Source: Candidatus Bathyarchaeota archaeon
Lineage (GTDB): Archaea; Thermoproteota; Bathyarchaeia; Bathyarchaeales; Bathycorpusculaceae
Direction of reading: 5' to 3'
Length of the DNA stretch: 64,000 nucleotides
NCBI GenBank assembly: GCA_963832745.1
Contig: CAWHVC010000004.1
Location: 64,001 to 128,000, forward strand
The notes below the pieces were generated by a model, which ran no database searches, was not told the DNA's origin, and was given only the letters and a program-made list of their open reading frames with translations. Shown piece by piece: positions 30,170 through 40,586 of this stretch. A program made the translations under genes and the position numbers. The number at the start of each line of letters is the position of its first letter. The stretch's first letter is position 1.

Positions 30170-30333
30170 CTATGCTTTTCTTTTAGCTTTTCCAGTTGCT
30201 TCTTGGATTTTGTCTTTCACTTGTTCTACTTTGATCTTAACCTGATAGTTTTTATCACCTGTGAATTTGCCTATTTCTCACGAATTTTACTTTTTGTCTT
30301 TTTAATTTTATTATTAGTTTTTTCTTTGTTCAT
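30170..30333 (-). CDS. csbD: CsbD-like stress protein; one frameshift, absent from the ORF track
   Basis: Adding 1 nt near 30275 gives MNKEKTNNKIKKTKSKIREKIGKFTGDKNYQVKIKVEQVKDKIQEATGKAKRKA*. Confidence 0.65.
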
Positions 30334-30459
30334 TAAAAATCATCAATTTCTTGCTCTATAGGCAATTGATAAATGGGCTGTTGATGTTGGCTAACAGTCA
30401 CAAGGGCTTAACTCCTACAATGACCCTTAATAGGGTATAAGGTATTTCGTTGGGAATAT

Positions 30460-30621
30460 TTGTTAACTCTTGTCATTATTCTTGTTGTACTTTGGGCGGT
30501 TGGATTCTTTGCTTTACCTGGCATAGGTGCATTAATACACGTTTTGCTGGTAATCGCTGTAGTATTACTGCTTGTCTGGCTGCTCACGGGCAAAAATTAT
30601 GGAAATGAAATTAATCTTTAA
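30460..30621 (+). CDS. lmo0937 family (DUF5670) small membrane protein; absent from the ORF track
   Basis: LLTLVIILVVLWAVGFFALPGIGALIHVLLVIAVVLLLVWLLTG. Confidence 0.75.
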   Translation: MLTLVIILVVLWAVGFFALPGIGALIHVLLVIAVVLLLVWLLTGKNYGNEINL

Positions 30622-30635
30622 GGAGATATGAATGT

Positions 30636-30851
30636 ATGTCGGTTGTAAAAATTATTGAGCTTATAGGTAGCTCACCAAACAATTGGGAAGACGCAGTTAA
30701 GAGTGCATTAGCAGAAGCTGCAAAAACAGTTCACAATATAAAATCTATCTATGTGAAGAGTTGCAAGGCCAAAATTGAAAACAATAAAATCATTGAATAC
30801 AGGGCTGTCGTCAAAATAGCTTTTGTTGTAGAGCGCGAAAAAATCAACTAA
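30636..30851 (+). CDS. Dodecin family flavin-binding protein
   Basis: SVVKIIELIGSSPNNWEDAV..A..T..NI..I.EYR..VKIAF. Confidence 0.9.
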   Translation: MSVVKIIELIGSSPNNWEDAVKSALAEAAKTVHNIKSIYVKSCKAKIENNKIIEYRAVVKIAFVVEREKIN

Positions 30852-30875
30852 CTAGACTTTTAGGGGCTGAATCAA

Positions 30876-31190
30876 TTGGTAAATTGTGTAAACTGTGGAG
30901 CAGAACTGCATGAAGGATTCAAATTTTGTTCAAACTGTGGGACTCCAATAGGTGTAAAAGAAGAGTTTACAGTGCCTTCAGAGGATCTTGTTGCGAAAAT
31001 CAAGGAACTATTCCATGAAGGGGATATTTCAAGAATCATAGTGAAGGACGAGAACAGCAAAACTCTCTTAGAGATACCCGTGTGGGCGGGCATTGTAGGA
31101 ACAATACTGGCTCCATGGTTAGCGGCCTTGGGTGCAATAGCAGCTTTAGCAACAAAATGCACTGTCACTGTTATTAGGCAAAAAAGTTAA
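30876..31190 (+). CDS. Zinc-ribbon plus DUF4342 protein
   Basis: CVNCG..FCSNCG; KIKELFHEG..RIIVK..LLEIPV. Confidence 0.85.
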   Translation: MVNCVNCGAELHEGFKFCSNCGTPIGVKEEFTVPSEDLVAKIKELFHEGDISRIIVKDENSKTLLEIPVWAGIVGTILAPWLAALGAIAALATKCTVTVIRQKS

Positions 31191-31381
31191 CGCACGTGTT
31201 AGGTATTAGAATCTTGGGCTTGTCTTTGTAATCTTGATAGTAGTTTGGTTTTTTATTTGGAAAAAACTTTGGAATTAACTATTCCATTTTTAAGTTGCCA
31301 GTGTTACCTTGCAAGTAAAGAAATTATTTTTAAACCCAAATCCCCAGTTAATTAGTAACCAGAAACAAAAGCTGAGGCAAA

Positions 31382-31996
31382 ATGTTCTTTAAACAAATTC
31401 AGCAGCATGGCGATAATTTTTCTTACATTATAGCAGACGAGTCCACTAAAGAAGCTGCAGTTGTTGATTCCAGTTTTAACGCAGCCGAAATTATTGGTGA
31501 ACTAAAAGCGCAAGGTTTCACTCTAAAGTACATTATAAATACTCATGGGCACTCTGACCATACTGCGGGTAACTATGAGCTTCATGCAGCGTTTGGCGCA
31601 AAAATTGTTGCCTACCGCGATTCAAGAGCACGCTACGATATCCCCGTTGAAGATGGCGAAATCCTGCAAGTTGGTGGTATCCAAATTAAAGTGATTTATA
31701 CGCCTGGTCACACAACTGATGGCATAAGCTTGCTGGTTGATGGCAAAAAAGTGTTAACGGGCGACACTTTGTTTGTTGGGGAATGTGGTAGAACGGATTT
31801 TGCGGGCGGCAATACTCGTAGTATGTATGATAGCTTGTTTAACAAGCTTTTGAGGCTTGATGATCAAGTGGAGGTTTATCCGGGTCATGATTATGGTGAT
31901 AAAAAATCGTCAACTATTGGTGATGAGAGGCGCCTGAATTATACACTGAAGCCTCGCTCGGTGGAAGAGTTTATCGTGTTTATTAATGAACCCTAA
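31382..31996 (+). CDS. MBL-fold metallo-hydrolase (glyoxalase II-like)
   Basis: THGHSDH, TPGHT, GDTLF, PGHDY. Confidence 0.9.
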   Translation: MFFKQIQQHGDNFSYIIADESTKEAAVVDSSFNAAEIIGELKAQGFTLKYIINTHGHSDHTAGNYELHAAFGAKIVAYRDSRARYDIPVEDGEILQVGGIQIKVIYTPGHTTDGISLLVDGKKVLTGDTLFVGECGRTDFAGGNTRSMYDSLFNKLLRLDDQVEVYPGHDYGDKKSSTIGDERRLNYTLKPRSVEEFIVFINEP

Positions 31997-32226
31997 ACTT
32001 TTTTAACAAAATGTGCTTATTTCTCGTAAACTTTTTGCTGTAAATAGCTCTTTCATGGTAGCTTTTTATGTTTGCTTGGTTAAAAGTCAAGTAATGCCTG
32101 CTTTTCTTATGGTATTATAGATACTTATTGTAAGTAAAGGTTTTTACTTCATAAAGACAAAATAGAGCCTCAATCTAACTATCCCCAAAGGACACTTTAC
32201 CCCTAAATTAGAAGGTCCACCACCTC

Positions 32227-32619
32227 GTGAAAAAAAGCTTCCCTCAAGAAAGGAAAACCCGTTTCGTGGAAAAAATAAGCCTCGTAAAACTACGCTTAAG
32301 AGCCATGCGCAGCGGCGTATGGTACAGAGCCCTCAACAGAATAGACCGCGTACTTGTAGATTTAACGATAAAAGTCGCCAAAACAAGCATCAAAAGCACT
32401 TCACTGATAAACCAGTTGCTATCTGTAACCACGAAAATTGAGACCCTTCTTGAAAACAAACTTTCCCGAACAACAAGAGAATATGGTCTCCCGCAAGCCT
32501 GCAAACTAAGCGGCATCGCGCAAAGCTGGGGAAACAAACACGCCCACGCTTGGAGTAGCGATTTTGGGTTTGCAACGTTTTTGGCGGCGCTAAAACTTAA
32601 TGCTAGCCATGTCACGTAG
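32227..32619 (+). CDS. Basic hypothetical protein heading the glycosylation locus
   Basis: KLRLRAMRSGVWYRALNRIDR..QSWGN..A..W pattern. Confidence 0.55.
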   Translation: MKKSFPQERKTRFVEKISLVKLRLRAMRSGVWYRALNRIDRVLVDLTIKVAKTSIKSTSLINQLLSVTTKIETLLENKLSRTTREYGLPQACKLSGIAQSWGNKHAHAWSSDFGFATFLAALKLNASHVT

Positions 32620-32643
32620 TTTATTGATGCTGGAAAATTTGGT

Positions 32644-33912
32644 TTGGAATTAGTTAACATAGCTTTACTTTGCGTTTTCGGGGTCATTTACGCTTGGGTA
32701 CTTTATAATATGCCTATCTTGGCTGTTGGCGTAAGGAACCTGCGTGCAACAAAGAAAAAAGAGCCTCCTGTACTAATGGACTCCAAGTTGCCTTTCTATT
32801 CGATTATTGTGGCTGCTAAAAATGAAGCAAAAACAATCGGCAGACTGCTTGAGTCTTTAGTGCATCTTTATTATCCAATTGATAACATGGAAATTATTGT
32901 TGTTGAGGATGGGTCAAACGATAGCACTTTTGAAATTTGTCAGCAATATGCTCAGAAGTATAGTTGCATTCAGGTTTTGCAGAAGCTTGATTCCACTGGT
33001 AAACCAGCTGCTTTGAATTTTGGTCTTAAAGAGGCTCGTGGTGAATTAATCGCTGTTTTTGATGCTGATAATGTTCCAGCTAAAGACGCGTTGTTAAATT
33101 CTGTAAAATATTTTCATGATCCAAAAGTTGCTGCTGTTCAGGGTAGGACTCAGTCAATTAATTCTAAAGAGAACATGTTAACTCAATTTATTTCATATGA
33201 AGAAGCGGTTTGGTGTGAAGCCTATCTAAGAGGTAAAGATGCCCTTGGCCTGTTTGTTCACCTAAAAGGCAGTTGCCAGTTCATCCGTGGGAATGTGCTT
33301 AGGAAGTTGGCTGGTTTTGATGAAAGTGTTCTTTCAGAAGATATGGAATTATCTGCGCATTTAGCGGAAAATGATTATCAAATTAAGTATGCTGGTGATG
33401 TGTGCACTTGGCAAGAAAGTCCCGCTAACCTTAAAGGTCTCTTTAAGCAGCGTACTCGCTGGTTTAGGGGTACAATGGATGTTGCAGTAAAATATGGTAA
33501 ACTGATTACAAAGCCCAGTAAGGTAAATTTTGATGCGGAAGTAACGCTGTTTGGTCCCTTTATCCTGATTGCTTCTTTGCTTTCTTACCTGATTGGTTTT
33601 GGTGCCTTTCTAACAGAGTATCCTTATAGCGTAATCTGGACTGCCTTCACATACTTCTCCTTATTTGCGATGACTGCGACCGTTTTATTGTGTGGTTTTG
33701 CTTTAGTTTTTGTTTCAAAGCCTCATAAGGCAAGTAATCTGCTTTGGTTGCCTTTTGTTTTTGGTTACTGGTTTATTCAAGGTTTTATTGCGTTTTATGC
33801 TGGAATACTTAACTTGTTACGTAGACCGAAAAACTGGTTGAAAACTGAAAAAAGCGGCAAAATATCTGATCCGGCCTTTATTGTGGAGGAGCCTTTATGC
33901 ATCGAGAAATGA
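32644..33912 (+). CDS. Membrane GT2 glycosyltransferase (cellulose-synthase-like)
   Basis: DGSND, GKPAALN, FDAD, SEDMEL, QRTRW motif. Confidence 0.9.
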   Translation: MELVNIALLCVFGVIYAWVLYNMPILAVGVRNLRATKKKEPPVLMDSKLPFYSIIVAAKNEAKTIGRLLESLVHLYYPIDNMEIIVVEDGSNDSTFEICQQYAQKYSCIQVLQKLDSTGKPAALNFGLKEARGELIAVFDADNVPAKDALLNSVKYFHDPKVAAVQGRTQSINSKENMLTQFISYEEAVWCEAYLRGKDALGLFVHLKGSCQFIRGNVLRKLAGFDESVLSEDMELSAHLAENDYQIKYAGDVCTWQESPANLKGLFKQRTRWFRGTMDVAVKYGKLITKPSKVNFDAEVTLFGPFILIASLLSYLIGFGAFLTEYPYSVIWTAFTYFSLFAMTATVLLCGFALVFVSKPHKASNLLWLPFVFGYWFIQGFIAFYAGILNLLRRPKNWLKTEKSGKISDPAFIVEEPLCIEK

Positions 33913-34856
33913 ATGTGTTAGTTACTGGTGGTGCAGGGTTTATCGGAAGCCACTTGGTCGATCGTTTGGTAAATAGTGGCTACCACGTTAAAGTGTTTGA
34001 TAATCTCTCTACAGGGAATTTGTCCAATATACAGGGTCATATTGATAGTGGTAAAATTGATTTTGTTAAAGGTGACATAAGAAACCTTGAACAAGTTAAA
34101 ACTTGCGTTCAAGGTATGGATGCTGTGTTCCATCTTGCTGCCGTGGTAAGTGTGCCTTTATCTGTAAAAGATCCCAAGTTTACTTACGAGACAAACGTTT
34201 CAGGAACTATTAACCTACTTTCTGCGCTTGCAAGCAAGAATTCAAACGGAAAATTCATTTTCGTTTCATCCTGTGCAGTTTATGGTGAACCTCAATATTT
34301 GCCAGTTGATGAGAAGCATCCTACTAACCCCATTTCGCCTTACGCTGACTCAAAACTTTTGGGCGAATATTATACTTTGGGCTTTAATCAAAACAAGCTT
34401 CTAAGAACCGCTGCTTTACGCTTCTTTAATGTTTATGGCCTGCGACAAGGCTTAAGTGAATACAGCGGGGTTATGACCAAATTTATTGATTGCATAAAAC
34501 AAAAAATGCCCTTAACAATCTATGGTGATGGTACTCAAACCCGCGATTTTGTGCACGTTTCAAATATCGTTGATGCGATTGTTGCTTGCTTAGAAAATCC
34601 GGCGGCTGAAGGTCAAGTCTTTAACATTGGTACAGGAAACGCCCTAACAATTGAGGATTTGGCAAAAAGTCTCATTCAGCTTTCTGGTGCCTCTTGTTCA
34701 ATTGCTCATGCGCCGATTAGGGAAGGCGACATTAAACATAGCTATGCAAATATTTCGAAAGCTAAAAGCTTGCTTGATTATCAGTCGACAATGCAGTTAA
34801 ACACTGGCTTGCAAGAGTTGCTTGCAGCTGCCAACGCTTTGAACCTAGAAAAGTAG
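33897..34856 (+). CDS. NAD-dependent nucleotide-sugar epimerase (GalE/WbpP-like)
   Basis: GGAGFIGSH, YADSK, GDGTQTRDF. Confidence 0.9.
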   Translation: MHREMNVLVTGGAGFIGSHLVDRLVNSGYHVKVFDNLSTGNLSNIQGHIDSGKIDFVKGDIRNLEQVKTCVQGMDAVFHLAAVVSVPLSVKDPKFTYETNVSGTINLLSALASKNSNGKFIFVSSCAVYGEPQYLPVDEKHPTNPISPYADSKLLGEYYTLGFNQNKLLRTAALRFFNVYGLRQGLSEYSGVMTKFIDCIKQKMPLTIYGDGTQTRDFVHVSNIVDAIVACLENPAAEGQVFNIGTGNALTIEDLAKSLIQLSGASCSIAHAPIREGDIKHSYANISKAKSLLDYQSTMQLNTGLQELLAAANALNLEK

Positions 34857-34874
34857 GCGAGAAGAAAGTTCAAA

Positions 34875-36446
34875 TTGAATCTTAGCTTTAATTCGTCTTT
34901 AAGTATCAATAAGCTTGGTGACTACAAGCTCCTTGGTCTCTGCTTAAGCTTGGGTTTCTTAATTCGTTTAGTTCCTGAAGTTTTGGCTTACTGGACACCA
35001 ATCGGGTTTGACACAATCTATTATGGTTACGTGATGAAAGCCGGCATCATATTGCCCCATTTGAGTAGCTTCTTTACTTCCACGTGGTTACTTTCTGCAT
35101 TAATCGTGCCAGCTTACAGCCTCATACAAGGTGACCCCTTTCTGATACTGAAAATCACGGGCCCATTGCTGTTTGGGTTAAATGTTGCAGGCGTTTACTG
35201 GTTTAGCCGAAAAATGTTGGGCTGGAGTCCTCTGATGGGATTGGCGGCAGGAGTGTTTTTCGCGTTGCAACTTGCGTCGCTTAGAATTAGCTGGGACTTG
35301 TTGCGTAACACGTTAGGTTTGGGTGTATTGCTCTTTGCGCTTTCATACGTTAAAGAAGTCGATACTAAACGTGGTTTTGCTCTCTTCACTGGGCTCTCCC
35401 TGTTGGCGGTTTTTGCGCATGAGTATGCAGCTGTGATTTTGCTGTTCACCGTGGGCAGCTTGTTTGCATGGAAACTTGTTAAGAAGCAGCTTAATCGTAA
35501 TTATAAACTGTTGGCTTTGGGTTTGTTGCCTGCATTGTCAGTATTCATTGTCGGACTCCTCCTAAGAATAAACCCCATACATTACGGTTCAACCTCAAAC
35601 GTTATCACTGCAAGCGATACAATAAGCGGCACATCAGGCTTATTCTTCTTAACAAACTACCTCCAAGTGCAAAACTCTATCGATTACTATTCAAGCTACT
35701 GGATGCTCGCCCTAAACGTCATACTGCTTTTCACTGTATTGTTTGTGCCCTACATTTACTTGGTAAAGAAAGGTTACTTCAAAAACGGCATCCTAACCTC
35801 GTGGACAGTTCTGTTGTTGGTTGGCGCTTTTGGCTGCTTGATAATGCCCTTTTTTGCTTTGCAGTATTGGCATCGTTGGATGTTCATGCTTGTTTACCCC
35901 TTTACTTTCTACGCCATATACGGAATCGCAAAAATCGTTGCCAAATCATCTGCCACAGGGAAACCGCTTTTGTCCGCGTTCTTTTCTAACAAGAAAGCCT
36001 CAGGCATGATCCTCTTAACCATAGGCTTAGGCGTAGCCTACCTATTCACGCCCATAACAATGATGTATGCAAACAAAAGCATACCAAACATGACAGCAAC
36101 CCAAGTTTACTTTTCAACCGACCCAGCTGTACCTTATCAGGATGAACAAAACGTGGTCTTAGCCATGGACTGGATAAACCAGAACGCAAGCCCTGATTCC
36201 TGTGTTATTCTACAGCATCATTTTCTCGAATATGGCAGGTTGTATGTTTCAAGTTCCGAATCAGTCGTGCATTATGATTTGGATGTTGACCAAGCAGTCA
36301 ACAAAGCATCCGAATCAGGATACAACACAGTCTATTTCGTCTGGTGGAACACGCCAATCGGCTGGAATGAAACCCCTGTACCCACAGGTTTTGTTAGCGT
36401 CGCCGATTTTGGCAGAATCTCAGTTTACAGTTACATGAAGGCATAA
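34875..36446 (+). CDS. Polytopic membrane protein, possibly a GT-C glycosyltransferase
   Basis: More than 10 TM helices, PIGFDT in the first loop, soluble C-terminal domain. Confidence 0.55.
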   Translation: MNLSFNSSLSINKLGDYKLLGLCLSLGFLIRLVPEVLAYWTPIGFDTIYYGYVMKAGIILPHLSSFFTSTWLLSALIVPAYSLIQGDPFLILKITGPLLFGLNVAGVYWFSRKMLGWSPLMGLAAGVFFALQLASLRISWDLLRNTLGLGVLLFALSYVKEVDTKRGFALFTGLSLLAVFAHEYAAVILLFTVGSLFAWKLVKKQLNRNYKLLALGLLPALSVFIVGLLLRINPIHYGSTSNVITASDTISGTSGLFFLTNYLQVQNSIDYYSSYWMLALNVILLFTVLFVPYIYLVKKGYFKNGILTSWTVLLLVGAFGCLIMPFFALQYWHRWMFMLVYPFTFYAIYGIAKIVAKSSATGKPLLSAFFSNKKASGMILLTIGLGVAYLFTPITMMYANKSIPNMTATQVYFSTDPAVPYQDEQNVVLAMDWINQNASPDSCVILQHHFLEYGRLYVSSSESVVHYDLDVDQAVNKASESGYNTVYFVWWNTPIGWNETPVPTGFVSVADFGRISVYSYMKA

Positions 36447-36451
36447 CATAA

Positions 36452-37422
36452 ATGGTTGAAGTACAAGAAACCCCTCAAGTACTGCTAAACAGCACAGCAG
36501 TACAAGAACATCCCTTTATAGTCGTGGGCATCCCCGCGTTTAATGAAGAACACTCAATCGCACGCATAGTGATTGAAGCACAAAAATACGCCGACGACGT
36601 CATAGTCTGCGACGATGGCTCATCAGACTTTACCTCAAAAATCGCTCAACACTTAGGCGCAGTAGTAATACGTCACAAACAAAACATGGGCTATGGTGCA
36701 GCCATCAAAAGCCTCTTCGAACGTGCATTAACTTTAGGCGCCGACGTACTTATCACCATAGACGGCGATGGACAACATGACGCATTAGAAATCCCCCAAG
36801 TCATAAAACCAATCACAGACGGATCAGCCGATGTTGTAATAGGCAGCAGATTCATCGATCAAGAAGGTACAAAAGAAATGCCCTTCTACAGACGACTCGG
36901 AGCCCAAGTAATCACAAAACTTGTAAACGGCTCCTCACAGACAGGTGTCAAAGATTCACAAAGCGGCTTTAGAGCCTACAATCGGCGTAGCACTTGAACG
37001 CCTTTGTGTTTCTGAAGCGGGTATGGGTGCAAGCGTACAAATCCTTCTTGAAGCAAGCAAACAGGATCTACGAATAAGCGAAGTTGCAAGCACATGCAAG
37101 TACGAAACCAGCGGTGGTTCCACTTCAACAGAAAACCCTGTAACCCATGGTGTAGGCGTCATAATGTCGCTGGTTCGTCTTATCGTTGAAGAACGACCCT
37201 TAACTGTCTTAGGAATTCCTGGTGTATTCTGTCTTATTGCAGGGGTATTTCTTCGGAGTTTGGCTACTGCAAATCTATGCAGAAACACATGCGATAGTAA
37301 CTAACATTGCTATTGCAACGCTTGGTTTCACTGTAATCGGATTCTTCATGATATCAACATCAATAACACTGTATGCCATTACGCGGATTACTGATAAAAT
37401 GAACAAAATTAAAACCCTCTGA
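36452..37422 (+). CDS. Dolichol-phosphate mannose synthase-like GT2; two frameshifts
   Basis: IPAFNEE, DDGSSD, DGDGQH, GSRF, DSQSGFRAY; continues through ORFs 36945 and 37222 to two TM helices. Confidence 0.8.
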
Positions 37423-37437
37423 GGAGAAATTAAAACC

Positions 37438-38289
37438 TTGAAAATATCTATAAGGGCGTTTTTGCAGCGCCTATTAACCTATCCGCTTCTAATGCCTCTT
37501 ATGGTTCTTTATAGTGTAGTCGATAATAAACAGGTGGTTCTCGATATCTTCTACCTGATTAGAGGTACTCCGCATGGCTATTTGACTGGAAAAACACGCG
37601 TTGCTTCATATGGCGGGTTAAAAATGGTTTTTCCATTTAATGAAGACCCTTTCTTTGATGATGTATGGTTAAGAAATGTCTATCAAGCATATACTCCACA
37701 GAAGGGTCACATAGTCATTGATATAGGTGCCCACATGGGTTTCTTTTCTATGAGTCTTATTAAAAAAACGAAAAAGGTAATAGCTATTGAACCCGACCCA
37801 ATTAATTTCAAGTTTCTAAGTCAAAACATTGCTTCAAATAGTGAATTTGGGCAGATTGAACCGTATAATTTAGCTCTTGGAGAAAAATCTGGGAACGTAT
37901 ATCTTGATAGGGATATTTATGGTCATGGTCGCTCATCTATAGTTGGCATAGCCACGAATTTTCCGTGTAAAATGCAGACATTAGACGAATTTTTGCCTCA
38001 ATTAGCTCTAGAAAAAGTAGATTTGATAAAAATTGACACTGAAGGTTTTGAACTTAACATTCTTAAAGGCTCTGTTAAAGTTCTTAAATCGTATCGACCC
38101 GACCTTATCATAGCTGCTTATCATTCTCCCGAAGAGTATATTGTTGTAAGCAATTTTTTAAAAATGCATGGTTACTCTGTCTTGTATTATTATAGTCCAC
38201 TTTTTCTTAGCGGCGGCAAAGAAATCTATCTTTATGCAAAGGCTTTAGAAAGCTCTGTAGAGTCACAAAATTTTTCGCAATCTCGTTAG
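37438..38289 (+). CDS. FkbM family methyltransferase
   Basis: IDIGAHMG, IEPDP.N, IKIDTEGFE. Confidence 0.9.
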   Translation: MKISIRAFLQRLLTYPLLMPLMVLYSVVDNKQVVLDIFYLIRGTPHGYLTGKTRVASYGGLKMVFPFNEDPFFDDVWLRNVYQAYTPQKGHIVIDIGAHMGFFSMSLIKKTKKVIAIEPDPINFKFLSQNIASNSEFGQIEPYNLALGEKSGNVYLDRDIYGHGRSSIVGIATNFPCKMQTLDEFLPQLALEKVDLIKIDTEGFELNILKGSVKVLKSYRPDLIIAAYHSPEEYIVVSNFLKMHGYSVLYYYSPLFLSGGKEIYLYAKALESSVESQNFSQSR

Positions 38290-38305
38290 GTCAACACTGA
38301 TTGAC

Positions 38306-39526
38306 ATGAAAGTTGCTTTTCTATTGATGCATCCTTTTTCTGAATCTATGGGCTCAGTTGTAAGAGTGCGAGAGCTTGCTTTAGCACTTGAAACGAAAAG
38401 TGTAGAGTCGTACATTTTTACGCCGTATGAGCAATCTTTCGATTTGTCAACAAATGTTCATGTAACCTCATTGAGTAGTTTTATGAATCGTTTTGGGGTT
38501 TCCAGTAAAATCTATAATCTTTCAAAAGCGTTGTATTACAACCAAGCTTTTCCAAGCATCTTTTCGAAGTTTACTTCTAACTCTAACATTGTAGTCGCTA
38601 AAATTGTTAATAATATAGCTAAGATGATTAAGGATGAAGCGATTGATATTATACAAATAGAACAGGACGCAGCATTACCCTTTGCCTTAGGCTTAAAAGA
38701 AAAAACAGAATTGCCTGTTGTAGTTGATGTGCACAATATTTCTTCCGAAGAATTGGTGTCTGTCGGTTTACTTGAAAGAAACAGTAAAAAATATGCAGCG
38801 CTTCAGCAGGCAACCAAATTTGGGCTTTCTACCGTTGACCATGTGATTGTTGTAAGTGAAGTTATGAAAGATTATGTTACTGCCAATTATGGCCTGAGCA
38901 GAAAAAATGTTTCAGTGGTTCCCCCTGGAGGAAGATCAAACGTTGAATGTCTCAGCGGCGTTAAACGTGGTCTTCCACCTAAGGTGGTTTATGCTGGTCT
39001 AGTAGCGTCTCGTGAGCATGTTGATCTTTTCGTTAAAAGCATCCCTGTCGTGCTAAGTAAGCATCCAGATGCAGAATTTTATATTACTAAAAAAGGTGAA
39101 GATATCCACTGTATTAAGAAATTAGCTCAGAATTTACAAGTGAAACCAAATTTTTTCTGGTTCAATAAGTATTCAGAATTGAACAATTTCTTATCGTCTT
39201 GTGATGTCGGCGTTTTACCCTCCTCTTCCGATCTTGCGAGGCGTATGGGAACACCTGCAAAACTATTCACCTATTTATCTGCAGGGCTTCCTATAGTAGC
39301 CAACGATGTTGGAGGATGGACTGACATAATTAAGAATTCCCATGTTGGCCTGTTAACTCCTGATGACCCTAAAGAGTTCGGCGCCGCAATAATAGACTTA
39401 TTAGATAACCCTCAGCATAGACAGGAGTATGCCCTTAACGGCTTAGAATTGATCGCCAGAAAGTATAATTGGGGCAAATCAGCGCAAATCCTACTTGATA
39501 CCTATTGCAATTTGTTAACTAATTGA
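38306..39526 (+). CDS. GT4 family glycosyltransferase
   Basis: PAKLFTYLSAGLPIVA, YNW. Confidence 0.9.
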   Translation: MKVAFLLMHPFSESMGSVVRVRELALALETKSVESYIFTPYEQSFDLSTNVHVTSLSSFMNRFGVSSKIYNLSKALYYNQAFPSIFSKFTSNSNIVVAKIVNNIAKMIKDEAIDIIQIEQDAALPFALGLKEKTELPVVVDVHNISSEELVSVGLLERNSKKYAALQQATKFGLSTVDHVIVVSEVMKDYVTANYGLSRKNVSVVPPGGRSNVECLSGVKRGLPPKVVYAGLVASREHVDLFVKSIPVVLSKHPDAEFYITKKGEDIHCIKKLAQNLQVKPNFFWFNKYSELNNFLSSCDVGVLPSSSDLARRMGTPAKLFTYLSAGLPIVANDVGGWTDIIKNSHVGLLTPDDPKEFGAAIIDLLDNPQHRQEYALNGLELIARKYNWGKSAQILLDTYCNLLTN

Positions 39527-39538
39527 CTGAAGATAAAG

Positions 39539-40558
39539 ATGGCTTCCAACATTTCCTTTAAGAAAGACTGTTTGCCCTTTGTGTCACTTATTATTCCAAT
39601 GAAAAATGAAGAGGCATACATTACTAACTGTTTAGAGTCTTTTGTTAACCAAAGTTATCCAAGGGATCATTATGAGATTTTAATAGTTGATGATCATTCA
39701 ATTGACAACTCTACCAAAAAAGTTGAAGCTTTGATTGATAGATATCCCGAGACAAGAATCACTCTTTTAACATCTGACAGAGTTGGTGTATCTAACGCCT
39801 ATAGAACCGGTATCGGTCTTGCAAAAGGTGTAATCATTTTACGCGCCACTGCGCATTTAATCGCGGAAAAGAATACTATGTTAGAATTGGTTACCAAGCT
39901 CTCGGATTTACCTAGCGAATATGTTGGTACCACTTGCCCCTTAGTGGTATACCCAAAAGATAAGACCTTTTCACGAGCGACAGTGGCTCTTCTTGCATCC
40001 TCACTGGGTGGTTATGGAACCTCTCATTATTCTCCCAAGCAATCAGGCCCTACTCGTGAGGGAAAAACGATTATGGCTTTGAGAGCCGACATTTTTGGCC
40101 TTATTGGCGGTTATCCTGAGGGTGACGATTCGGAATTGAATGCCTTAATTCAAAAGGCTGGTTATAAATTTTGGTTAGTGAAAGAAACACACGCATTTTA
40201 CCGATACAAGCATTTTGGGCTTGTTCGGCATTTTAAACGGATGTTTTCATATGGCGAATCAAGAGCTCGTGAGTTCAGAAAGCACAACTCTTCCAAGAAA
40301 TTGGTTTATATAATTCCTTCAATCCTTACTTTGTCAATATTATTTTTGTTTGCCTCATTGTTTTTCAATAATTGGCTTATTAGACTCATTGCTGGTTCGT
40401 TAATTGTGTCATACTTAATTATTGTCCTGGCATTATCTCTTTCTATTTCTCTAAAAAACCGTAGTTCTTCCTTTCTTCTCATCTTGCCAATAATCATGTT
40501 ATTGACTTATGTCGGATATGGTGCAGGCTTCCTTAAAGGGCTCTTTTTCCGCAGATAA
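39539..40558 (+). CDS. GT2 glycosyltransferase with C-terminal TM helices
   Basis: IIPMKNEE, VDDHSID, GDDSEL. Confidence 0.85.
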   Translation: MASNISFKKDCLPFVSLIIPMKNEEAYITNCLESFVNQSYPRDHYEILIVDDHSIDNSTKKVEALIDRYPETRITLLTSDRVGVSNAYRTGIGLAKGVIILRATAHLIAEKNTMLELVTKLSDLPSEYVGTTCPLVVYPKDKTFSRATVALLASSLGGYGTSHYSPKQSGPTREGKTIMALRADIFGLIGGYPEGDDSELNALIQKAGYKFWLVKETHAFYRYKHFGLVRHFKRMFSYGESRAREFRKHNSSKKLVYIIPSILTLSILFLFASLFFNNWLIRLIAGSLIVSYLIIVLALSLSISLKNRSSSFLLILPIIMLLTYVGYGAGFLKGLFFRR

Positions 40559-40586
40559 TCTCCCAATCCGCTTGATTGATGAAAAA

